From Balanoglossus misakiensis (lineage: Eukaryota > Animalia > Hemichordata), in the NCBI GenBank assembly GCA_040954595.2, contig CM082576.2, positions 16,415,028-16,479,027 on the forward strand: a DNA stretch of 64,000 nucleotides, written 5' to 3'. Below, one piece after another: positions 39,561 through 51,700 of the stretch. The position numbers were made by a program, and so were the translations under genes. The notes below the pieces were generated by a model, which was not told the origin of the DNA, did not search any database, and saw only the letters and a program-made list of their open reading frames with translations. How positions within the stretch are numbered: position 1 is the first letter of the stretch; every line of letters starts with the position of its first letter.

Positions 39561-40540
39561 AATTTATATGGGAGAGAGCGGTTTTGTCTTGTTATATCCT
39601 ACAAAAAGTGACCATATTAAAGTGGAGAAATAATGACCTGATAATTTGTGTGGCCGATCGACCGTCCCTATCTAAGGCCTATATTGGTATGTTATGCAAA
39701 ACACACTGTTCGAAATAACGCCTGTCCGACAGTCCGAGACTGGTTGTTTTTCCATCAGACTGATAGTAAAAAAGTTACCAGTCCGGCGGACACCAACGAT
39801 ATCTTTTAGACCATCCTCTGTTTATTAGGTCCCTATTGCAATTAATTACCGTCCCTATCTTATATTGGAGGGAACGGGTTTGTCTTGGCATGTTATGCAA
39901 AACACTTGAAAGATGAATTTAAAAAAAAATGACGTTTATGACATACAGATGTAACCGACCCCATAAGGTCCCAATGGTATATTAACATCATACACCAAAT
40001 TGGACTTAAAAACCAAAAATTGAAAGCCGCTGGAGTTTCTGCGACTATTTACCCAAACGAAGCTTTAGCCTAGTACTAACACACGCAAGTAGCACGAGAG
40101 CGAACGGTTTTGTTTTGCTATGTTCTGCAAAAAAAACTTGAATGATCGTGGAATTGAGGTACTTATAGAAATCATGAATTTAAAGAAAGAAAGAAGTTGA
40201 TGTATATGACGACAAAAAATAAATAGACTATTTAGGCCTAATAGGAAAGTTTAAAAACAATGTAATGAAGACTGCTTGAATTTCTGCGACAATGAACTCA
40301 ACGTAAGCTGGACACTACTCACTCCGAGCCCGACCTGGTAATTTGTATGTTGCCCATCGAGCGACTATAGCTTAGACCTATACAGGAGAGAACGGTTTAT
40401 GAAGTTATCACAGTGTTCTACAAAAATATATGATCATGGAATTAAAGTATTTGGAGAGAAAAAAAATAATTAAAAATGGACGTTTACGACGACAAAAAGG
40501 AAGACTGTTTAATGCAAAAGTTAAGAAAAAGGAAAAATTC
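39561..40540 (-). repeat. Inverted 5S rDNA spacer
   Basis: Reverse complement of the array spacer, with a ~85-bp deletion near 39791. Confidence 0.93.
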
Positions 40541-40621
40541 AAGCCTACGGCACGTGGTATTCCCAGGCGGTCACCCATCCAAGTACTAACCACGCCCAAC
40601 GCAGCTTAACTTCGGTAATCG
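40541..40621 (-). pseudogene. 5'-truncated 5S rRNA gene (3' ~80 nt)
   Basis: aagcctacggcacgtgg..cttaacttcggt, then a switch to lectin-GAIN exon sequence. Confidence 0.9.
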
Positions 40622-43600
40622 CCTCAGATTCAACAACTCCCACCATTGCACTGAAAACAGTCAGGTGATTACACAGACACAGGGTAGAATTGAAGTCGGA
40701 TTTTGGTGACACCTGCAAAAAATCGAGCAGAAAAAAATACATATTGACACAGCAGTGGGCGTTTCTTTGCAAGTGAAACAAGATCAAACTCCTGGTTCAC
40801 GTCCCAGCGTTACTTTAAATAGATAAAGCGCCGTCACGTGAATCAGTACATTTTAAATGTTTTCCACAAGTTAACATTAATCGTAACATGCACTGATTGC
40901 TACTTGTCTTTAGTTTCATCACTTGGAACTACATGGAGCATTTCATTTTGGCCAAAATTTAGAAGAAAATAAATTGTATACCTTACACCCATCATTCTGC
41001 CAATTATTCTCATCAAAGTAGCTACATCTGTGTTGAGTAGTGAGAACCTTGATGTCAACCCCATGGGCTGTAGAGAAAAAAGAATAACAGAACTAACTTC
41101 GGTTTCTTCCACGTATGTCATATATAATCAAATGGAGTATCTTTTGAAGTTGTGAAACAGGAATCACAATGGAATACTTCGAAATAAGGCAAAATTTTCT
41201 AATATTTTAAAGTCAAAATGACCGCCAATATGTGCGTAATCCAACAGAGAAAAAGTAAATTAGTGATTTTTATGACAACAAAAGTGCCAAAATATTATGT
41301 GTTGTATTTATAAAATTGAGAAGGCATTCGTGACTTCAAAATAGTACATGATTATATAACATTTTCAGGGGACATCTTTACTCCGTTGTAAACAACCTTC
41401 TTTCATGTCAAGACAGTCATAAATAATTTCAATGTCATGCATTCCTTTATCGGTGTATACTAATGAAATCGGTAAAAATAATCTCATACAAAAGTAATCG
41501 CGAGATAAATGGCTCAAATACTTACTTTTATCCTCACAAACAACCCTTGGACGTTCATTGCAGTCTACAGTGTTCCAAGTAAGTTTAACATCAATGGCAC
41601 ATCTGTATAACAAAGCATTGTTTAAGACTTGTACAATGATTACTGTACAGTGTCAATAGTGATCTCTACAGAATGCGGGCTGGTCATAAGGCCACATTTT
41701 GCGTTATTTCAATAAAATCATTATTCATGAAGAATACCCTGGCTTAGTTTTCCAAAATCGTTCAATATAAAAACTTAATCTTGACATGCGCAGGGTTCCG
41801 ATTAGTTTCTTACATCCACTGTCTTTCATATTTAAGGCACATGTTGAAATTGTAATGCAATCAGCGTTAGCTGTAGAGTATCATTCTCAAATTGTGCTTT
41901 GCAATTCAGACGATATGGCAGATTAAGTTGACAAAATACCAGAAATAGTGCAAAATACTGATTGTAACCTTTAAGATAAGAAACACGTGTTGTGACAAGC
42001 ATACACACATTTAACTGCCATTATTTCTCCAATGTAATCTCGCAAGTTCCAACGCTTATGACAGGGACAAAAATCGACTCACACTACACGAATACACAAT
42101 CCGACTTCAAAAGCCTGGCCGGGCGCGAAAGGCGTGTCTTCCAATATTAAACCGCTGGCTGTCTTGACATAGCAATCTGATGTGATGATAGCATCAATCC
42201 AGAAGTGTTTCCACCATGAAGTGTATTCAGGTACACAGTACTGGTCATATTTCCATTCAGTTGTGTCGGTTAGAAGACGTAACCCCAACTTCTCACATAC
42301 ATGTAGCTGGTTTGCATCCACCATACCCTTCGTGACTGTGGTAGTTAAGTCGAAAGAAGCTACAAAAGAGATAAAAAAACATAATTTATTTCCTTAAAAA
42401 AATTAATGTCTACTTTGATTTCAATTTTGGGGTCTCTAATTAAGCCTTTATTTTACGTCTGTATTCAAGTAAAACGGCGAAATACACCGATAATTATCTA
42501 TATAGTATTCTGAAAATAAACCAAATGCATGTTTTGATAAATAAATTAGGTGATTGTGTCACCTTATTAAATATGTAAACTGCAACAACATTTCTTTCGA
42601 CTTGAACAAACCAGGATAAGGTAGATCAGTCATAAGGTACACTAAGAGGCAAAAATAACTTACTAGCATTTTCACATAAAACTTCCATTGTAAGACTGAT
42701 GTCGCACTCTTGATTTGTCCATGTGTCACCTCTGAGAATTAAAACTTCAAGTAAGTATATATTTTACCATCGCACATTAACGCCAGTCAAACCGTACACC
42801 TTTCATAATATATACTGCAAATCGTTCTCTGCAATTTCTCCTAAACTTTTGACTCAGATCCAAAGACAATGAAGAATTCAGTCTTCAAGATGTAAAATTC
42901 GCAGAAACATAAATAAATCAGTTAGATTGTTTTTAGCACATTTTGCAGTGAAAGGTTTTTGTTCAACGGTAAAATGGACATATCTCACAGTTTCCGAATT
43001 GAATTTTTCCACAAAAGGAGACATGTGTACGCAATTACAAAAGAGATAAAATTGTGATCCGAAGATATTGTCCATTGTAACAACTGCATGTCTTTAAATT
43101 GTCAATCATCTCTGTCCATACTGTTTTTCATTCTGAGCTTCTGCGCATGACACATAATGATTGCTTCAAGTTTAGCCGTATTATAATGAGCACAAAAACA
43201 CACATTTCTTCATATTTGAATATAGTTTCAAAACGCTTAACTCACTCCAGTGCGAGACACTCTCCATTTTTCTCTGAAAAATCTGCACTCCTGGGCTTGT
43301 AGGTCAAAATTTCCCCGTAATTTGTGACTACGCGTCCGTTGTCAATCAGTCGAGCATCTATCCAGAATATTTCTCCTAGTCTAAGAATGTCTAGTTCTTT
43401 TAAACTGTTTACTATAGCTGTGTGTTTTTCTTCGCTGTCATCTTTAACAAGGCGAAGACCTAATCGCTCACAAAAATTGTAGGCAGAAAGGTGATCCATC
43501 GGCTTGAAAAGGTGTAGGGTGACGCAACCTGGAAATCAAATAGTTTTTCTTATAACAATCATTTTAAACAATAAAAAATATAAGATATGTGATGAGCTCC

Positions 43601-43768
43601 TGTTTTAAGGAACTTCAAACTTTCTGAAGATGCAAAACCAAAAACTAGTGTCTTACCTGCTTGCTGCAGTAATGTCATCGACAACATCACGAATGTAGCG
43701 ACGAGCGTTAACTTCAAAGGTATTTCACGACATTCTTGTAACATTTTACAGCCTCTCCGGCAAGCCAT
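40545..43768 (-). CDS. Lectin-GAIN paralog A: internally deleted and 3'-fused to 5S sequence (predicted 356 aa; may be a pseudogene)
   Basis: GT-AG exons 43768-43657, 43528-43246, 42731-42664, 42359-42083, 41602-41526, 41067-40982, 40712-40545 sum to 1071 nt, in frame. Exons 6-11 of paralog B are missing (junction ~41282). Confidence 0.7.
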
Positions 43769-44419
43769 GGTTGCGTGTTTGCGGCTAATCTGCGAGTATT
43801 TTATACATGAACATCTTGACAAATTATTTGTGTTTTGCAAAGAATTGTAACCACTGCAGAGAGAGATCGGGTCCTAAATGGTGACGCTGTGTCGTGCTCG
43901 TTCATTTATGCGTTAGATGTTTTCCCTCTTGTATTAATTATACACATGTTAAGAAATGCGTGACATTTAATTAATTTGTTTATGACTGTCGCAAGATGAA
44001 ATGGAATTAGTTAATGTTAAACGTGTTGCTTCCGGCTAATCGATAAAGTAAACAAAAGTGGTAGTAATCATCAAAGTGTCCGTGTCATAACCAGCGGGGA
44101 TCGTATATAGAACGTCGGTTGGATACAAAAGTGGAAATTCGGCATATTGTCTTGCAAGTATACATTTCTCGAGTGCACATGTGAGATATATTTAATTACT
44201 TTCACTTCAGTGCATTGTCGACGCTAATAAAAATGCTACAATGCGGATTAAGGGGGATTAACTTACCGGTATGGGGCTCTGAAGTAGATACTGAAAGAGT
44301 GGCTTTAATTTATTTATGGCAACATATCTTATTCTCAAATTTTAGTAGTTCTAGAAATTCAATTTGTAATATTCTACAGCCTCCCACGTCATCTCCATTT
44401 GCATTATTCAGATAATAAT

Positions 44420-45000
44420 TTACTTGATAACTTACATTCCCCGCTACATTTCATTTATTTGCCGGTTTGTCTAGTGTACCAGGGCAGAGTACTTGCCACC
44501 CCACCCCAACCGATGCTAACTTTGAGTGGAGTGGCAAAAGTAAAATTGGTCCTCCCAAACATTGTGTTAATTTGCTTTTGAGTTCATTAAAATGCAACTT
44601 TGGGCTACAAATTTTACAAAATTTTCTTAGGTGGGATGGGGACACGCCCACCCCCTCCACTTTTCTTGTTTACCAATTCTACCATTGACGTGTCATTTTA
44701 ATTTATTCATATATTTCTTTATTGCAATGCTATACTATTATACACTTCAATTATAAATTCCTTTAAGAAATGTATAATTGCGTTGTCAGGAGCCCCTTTC
44801 CCTTTATTGCACACAGTGTACATAAGATCACAATGGCGAATGTTTTCGGGGGGTGGGGGGGGGGGGAGTCATCATATTTTGGGCCTAACAAAGAGGGGGG
44901 TCATCATTTTTTGGTCCTGGGTGAATGGGGGGTCGGCCTGATTTTGAAAACCGATGACACAAACTTGCCGCCTTCCCAGCCGTAAAAACTGAACGGTCCC
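44420..45000. mobile_element. Truncated Harbinger-like MITE (paralogous remnant at ~56030-56268)
   Basis: Ends in gccgtaaaaactgaacggtccc|ttaa; internal homology to 21069-21335. Confidence 0.6.
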
Positions 45001-45795
45001 TTAACTCTCCTTTGATTCGTGGAAAAAAAGACACCGCATAAACACAATGCACAATAAGTGTTCGTTTTAATGGCAACCAGAATAAACCAGAACAATAAAA
45101 GTCAAACACATATAAAAACTATTTCAATTACAGAATACTAGAACTCCACCAATTAATGACAAGTACAATTACGGGTTATTACAATCGCAAGTGACAGTAC
45201 TGGTTATTACTAACAAAACAGAAATATTGATCAATGTATACACGTAATTTGATTCTGGGAGAAGGCTCAATACATACAAAGTGTACAGTAAGTGTACGCT
45301 TTAATGTCAACCAGAATAATCCAGAGCAATCCATGACAAACACATACAATTTGTAAAGTTACAGAATACTATAACTCCACCAATTAATGGCAAGTACAAT
45401 TACGGATTATTGTGACATTACTGGTTATTACAAACAGAAATATTGACCCATGTATACATGTATATATCCAATACTGGCAGATTACAAAGAAATGTATAAA
45501 TTACATCAAACTGTATGAACAAACACAATCAATTAAAGACGAACGCAACCTAAAAAATTCTCATCCAAACGCTTCTCTTTCGGACAGGTGTTTGGCACCT
45601 CTAGCTAAATGTACATCTATGCTTTTTACTTAATGCATTATCACCTAAAAACTCTTTCCAAAACGGCAATATGAACACTTCTTGCTTCATAAAGTCTAAA
45701 ACACACGAACACATTTTGAGTGGTACATCATTAGTTTAGACTCGTTCCATAAGCTTATTTTTGTCAATTCTGTAGACCAAACGGACGCCCCTGTG

Positions 45796-48700
45796 CTAAA
45801 CGTGGCATCGTCCGTCAGATTCAACAACTCCCACCATTGCACTGAAAACAGTCAGGTGATTACACAGACACAGGGTAGAATTGAAGTCGGATTTTGGTGA
45901 CACCTGCAAAAAATCGAGCAGAAAAAAATACATATTGACACAGCAGTGGGCGTTTCTTTGCAAATGAAACAAGATCAAACACCTGGTTCACGTCCCAGCG
46001 TTAATTTAAATAGATAAAGCGCCGTCACGTGAATCAGTACATTTTTAATGTTTTCCACAAGTTAACATTAATCGTAACATGCACTGATTGCTACTTGTCT
46101 TTAGTTTCATCACTTGGAACTACATGGAGCATTTCATTTTGGCCAAAATTTAGAAGAAAATAAATTGTATACCTTACACCCATCATTCTGCCAATTATTC
46201 TCATCAAAGTAGCTACATCTGTGTTGAGTAGTGAGAACCTTGATGTCAACCCCATGGGCTGTAGAGAAAAAGGATAACAGAACTAACTTCGGTTTCTTCC
46301 ACGTATGTCATATATAATCAAATGGAGTATCTTTTGAAGTTGTGAAACAGGAATCACAATGGAATACTCCGAAAAAGGCCAAATTTTCTAATATTTTAAA
46401 GTCAAAATGACCGCCAATATGTGCGTAATCCAACAGAGAAAAAGTAAATTAGTGTTTTTTATGACAACAAGTTGATAAATACAGTTTCCGGAGAACTTTA
46501 GACACAAGGCAAAATTTTGTATTATTTTAAATTCAAAAATCACGAAAAAATGCCAAAGGTGGCAGCTCTTTGTTCTTAAATGAAATCGCAAGATCGTGGC
46601 ATAACTTACTATATACATGTTGATTGATGAATTTGACAGTGATACAAACAGCAAAACAAAAACAAAAACACGACATACCACTGGTAAGGTCAAATGCTAT
46701 GTAATACAAGCCCGTCCTGGTGATGTTTGCTTCTGGTAGAAATATGGATGCTGTACACCCTGCAAATACCAACTCAGTTACATAATGGGAACCACTGTAG
46801 ACACCGACGGCGTCAAATCTTTCCAGTGACATGTATGCTGTAGTAGTCTCGAAGACAGGCGCTGATGCTTCCATGATGATTTGAAATGCAGAGTAGGCCG
46901 ATATCGCCTGCAACGTAAATAATGATATATTGACGCAATATAAATTTCACAATGAGATTTGTGAGGTAAAAGATAACACAGTGTTTAAAATAGCACAAAT
47001 GTCATTTATACTCATGTTTGAGTTTTGCGCCATTGATCAAATGGTTATGTAAAAGACTAGATCAGAAAACATGCAATGATCAGTGAATTTCATATATTAT
47101 GTATACATTACCGTTACTGTCAATGCATAGTGAGTGACTCCTTCCCTTTCCACGTATACTCCCCTGACGATGCTTTCATTTATAGGTGTCTGATAATTAC
47201 CAAGCCATACGCCGAGATCCTTGGAAGCATTTTTCACTGAAAAGGTACATGTTTCATGATAATTTTAAAACAATGCCAAAACTAAATTCACAAATTGGTC
47301 ATTAATCGACTTCTGCCCTCCAAGATGGTATGTTTATACAAGTATGTCGCCGGGTTTCTAGTTAAAGGATTTCGCCATTTCCGGTTTAAATGGTGCGACG
47401 TTAACTGAGAGTTCAATGCGAATGTTAAGATACCACTGATGGCTTTAATGAAAACCAACCCTTAATCTCATTTCCATCTCCATCTCTGATTTCCAGGGTC
47501 AGTATATCGGTAGTGAAGCCATGTGTCCTATTTACCAATCCGTGGGGGTTCCCACCGAAACGGAAAATCTAATTGTAAAAAAAAACTTACTTTAGTTATT
47601 CCTCGAGCACCAGAACGCATTATGATAACAGCAGAATTGTACATAAAACCAAAGATCGCCATTAGAAATGTTTATGGTCCTAAATTGTTAAAAATTACAA
47701 CGGTTGCATTGACACAGATATCAGCCTAAAGTTCATCCCATATAAACGCGACAGCTGCCCAGGACGTCACATTTACGTTAACTAGCGGCAAATGGTTATT
47801 CAAATATCCATATACAAGAATAGAGTAATGTTTTATATAAACAGACATTATATTTTTCTTAATATTATCAAAGTTGTATACGGACCATTCTGTTCAAGAC
47901 TGTGTCCCGCGACAATTGTGGAAACATACTGTCTGCTGGTGGAATATTGAATCCACTTCCATCTCCAATCATTATGGTGACGTTGCACAATTCCTGCGCA
48001 AAGTTCTTTTCCAAATGCAGCACAAGAGATGATGTTTTCACGATGAGTGGTCCATCTCCACAATGAGTCTTGTTCAGTATAAACATTGATAACTGGTCGA
48101 ATACTTTCGTTGTTATCTTTGTCAGGTGATTTGCCTGCCCAGGATTCAGCTTCTCGCTCGGATTGGCGTCAAATAGGGACTGCATTCTGTCTATCACTTT
48201 TTGCATAACATTCAGTGTTTCTGAAATATGTAAACATTTGCATTTAAAACTATCTCACTCTGTCTGACTGTCTTTCTCGACTTCTAATTCAGTGTGTCAT
48301 TCATCAGTTGAACACGTCCAATGCTCGATGTTTCTCTAAGCTACATATAAGATTATTTGACGGTCACCACTAATTTGCATGATTTGTGGAAACAAACGAA
48401 CTGCAGTTGATGCATTTTCGGTAAGCTTTATAATTGTAAGGTGATGTTTTTTCTGCGTCTGATACCAATATCGTTTTTACATCATTGGATGATATTGAAT
48501 GTGATGGATACCGATGTCACAGAATCGTCTTGATTAAAACAATAAATATCACAATACCTTTTGCAAATAGAATTCTTCCTTTAAATATAACACTTTTCGT
48601 TGAAAGGTCAGATGTTAAAGTGTCTATCTTGTCAATTACACTAATACCCTGGAAAAAGAATAGACAATTATTTAGTACGTGGCTTTATAGCTTTATATGG

Positions 48701-51700
48701 AATCATTTAGTATATAGCTTTAGTTGTCACAAAATAATCATATCCCATAAGGACCTTTAATAAACGTGTAAAGACAATTACATAGTATGTGGTTTATAGC
48801 ATTATGTGAAATTATTTTAGAATGTAGCATTAGTTGTCAAAAATGTTCTGTCTCTTCAGTGGATTTCGCAAACTTGGGGCGTTATACAATACAGTGCATT
48901 ACATCAGTCTCAAATGATTGACACTTTTCTTACCACATCTGCTGTTCTGAATTCATCGTCACTTATCTTGACCAAGCTCTCCCGCAGTAGAAGTAAGTCA
49001 TCATCTGAAAAATGTTGCAAATGTAAAAGACAGATGATGTGAGAGGTGCCAAAATATTATGTCTTGTATTTATAAAATTGAGAAGGCATTCACGACTTAA
49101 AAATAGTACATGAATATGCAACATTTTCAGGTGACATCTTTACTCCGTTGTCAACAACCTCCTTTCATGTCAAGACAGTCATAAATAATTTCAATGTCAT
49201 GCATTCCTTTATATGTGTATACTAATGAAATCGGTAAAAATAATCTCATACAAAAGTCATCGCGAGATAAATGGCTCAACTACTTACTTTTATCCTGACA
49301 AACAACCCTTTGACGTTCATTGCAGTCTACAGTGTTCCAAGTAAGTTTAACATCAATGGCACATCTGTATAACAAAGTATTGTTTAAGACATGTACAATG
49401 ATTGCTGTACAGTGTCAATAGTGATCTCTACAGAATGCGGGCTGGTCATAAGGCCACATTTTGCGTTATTTGAATAAAATCATTATTCATGAAGCATACC
49501 ATGGCTTAGTTTTTCAAAATCGTTCAATATAGACTTAAACTTCACATGGGCAGGGTTCCGATTACTTTCTTACATCCACTGTCTTTCATATTTAAGGCAC
49601 ATGTTGAAATTGTAATGCAATCAGCGTTAGCTGTAAAGTATCATGCTAAAATTGTGCTTTGCAATCCAGACGATATGGCAGATTAAGTTGATAAAATACC
49701 AGAAATGGTGCAAAATACTGACTGTAACCTTTAAGATAAGAAACACGTGTTGTAACAAGCATACACACATTTAACTGCCATTATTTCTCCAATGTAATCT
49801 CGCAAGTTCCAATGCCTATGACAGGGACAAAAAGCGACTCACAGTACAGTCAGGACGTAAGTGGGGTAATTACGGCGGTGAGATCAGAGAGATCTATTTG
49901 AATGTGAACGTCGCTGAGTGGCAGTTACGGCCAGTTCGAAAAATTTTCAAACGGAGATTTTCGGTACTACAAGTGATCGTAGTGCACCCATTTTTCTAAG
50001 ACGTGTATGAAACACCATAGTCAATGATAGGATGATTTTTCGTGAAGTTTTAACGACGCGTTCCCGAGAAAGACAGTTTCAGTATGTTGGTTTAAATTGT
50101 GGTCCTTGACTCTCGGCAAAGATTTCTTGTCTTGAAAAAAATTGGGTAGGTTAGGAAGATATTGAACTAAGGTACCGTGAAATTATAATAGTGTGAGCCG
50201 CTCCGTTGTTGAGTAATGACGGTGTAAAAATTGCCTTCGCCATCGACGAGTACAGCCCTGTTTGCCATATGTGTATGCATTGAAGTAGGTCAACGCATGT
50301 TAACCCATGACGTAATGGCTTCCTTTTCAACGCGTCGTTATCTCTCATTAGCATATTACATATGGAGTCTATACACTCTCCACGCTGACTGACTTCTCAG
50401 GACTGACCTATGGCATTGTAAATTGTGGTCTTTGACTCTCGGCATGGATATATTCATGTCAAAATTATGAATAGAGGAGTTTAATAATGTTTCTAAAACC
50501 TGAGGGGTTAATTTTTGTGTGGGTATGGCTGATATTTTTTTTTTTTGATTTTTTAACTTCAAGGTCACTTTGAATTTCGTGATCACAATTTTGTCAGTGG
50601 AAGTAAAGAAATTCTTCTCGATAAAACTTCATGAAAAATCACATGTAGTACACTCATAGTACCAGAAATGTGCCCGGGGTGAAATAATTGTCAGAAATGG
50701 GTTGCAAGTTGCTAAACTTTCGTTCTGAAAAAAGTTGAAAAACTGTATGCAAATGAGCAATTCAAACGTTACTGGCCAGTTCAAGTGTTTGCATTGCATG
50801 ATCCCCTGCTGTTTCATTACCCCACTTACGTCCTGACTGGTAAACAAATACACAATCCGACTTCTAAAGCCTGGTTGGCCGCAAAAGGCGTGTGTTCCAA
50901 TATTAAACCACTGGCTGTCTTGACATTGCCATCCGCTGTGATGATAGCATCAATCCAGACGGAGTAATTCCACGATGAAGTGTATTCAGATACACAGTAC
51001 TGGTCATATTTCCATCCAGTTGTGTCGGTTAGAAGACGTAACCCCAACTTCTCACATAGCTGGTCTGCATCCACCATACCCTTCTTGACTGTGGTAGTTA
51101 AGTCGAAAGAAGCTACAAAAGAGATAAAAAAACATAATTTATTTCCTTAAATATAAAATTAATGTCTACTTTGATTTCAATTTTGGGGTCTCTAATTAAG
51201 GTAGTTGGAAAGGCTAGGGCGTCAGTTAAAATTTCATTTAAAAACACTGAATTTATATCTAGAAATGTATTAGAGAACAATTAAACTTATGAAAAATTCG
51301 GGGCAATAAACGTGTAACAAGATATGGCTGGTTTTATGATACCTAATTTCATACATCTGGCAATGAAGCTAGGGAGCCTTATTTGAGCGCCCTCTAGGGG
51401 AAGACTTCTCCTAGGCTATGCACACAAGGACGGGTTCCCCTAGCCAAGGGCATTTAAATGTAACTTGCAAACACTGATTCTTGCAATTTTCAGCGATAGA
51501 TAACCTTGCTTGTTTATTAAAGGCTACCAAATTATGGACATTTTTGCATTTCTAGGGAACCCGAAAGGCCAGCGGAAAAGCGTTTGACCCAGATAAATGC
51601 AATCCTTCGCCGTGAACTGCCGCTAAACTTTGCGTATTTCGCTACTTTTCTGCCCTTCGCCATAATGTAATGGTTTTTATTTGTGATTGAATTGGTATGC

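Noticed and set aside
21069-45000. Composite transposon carrying the 5S array between two Harbinger-like ends
   Set aside because: The ends at 21557 and 45000 point the same way rather than forming an inverted pair.
45735-45798. Stop-codon readthrough supplying a TM segment to the lectin-GAIN proteins
   Set aside because: Sequence after the TAG encodes a short, mostly polar stretch, and the frames of B and C diverge after about 12 codons.
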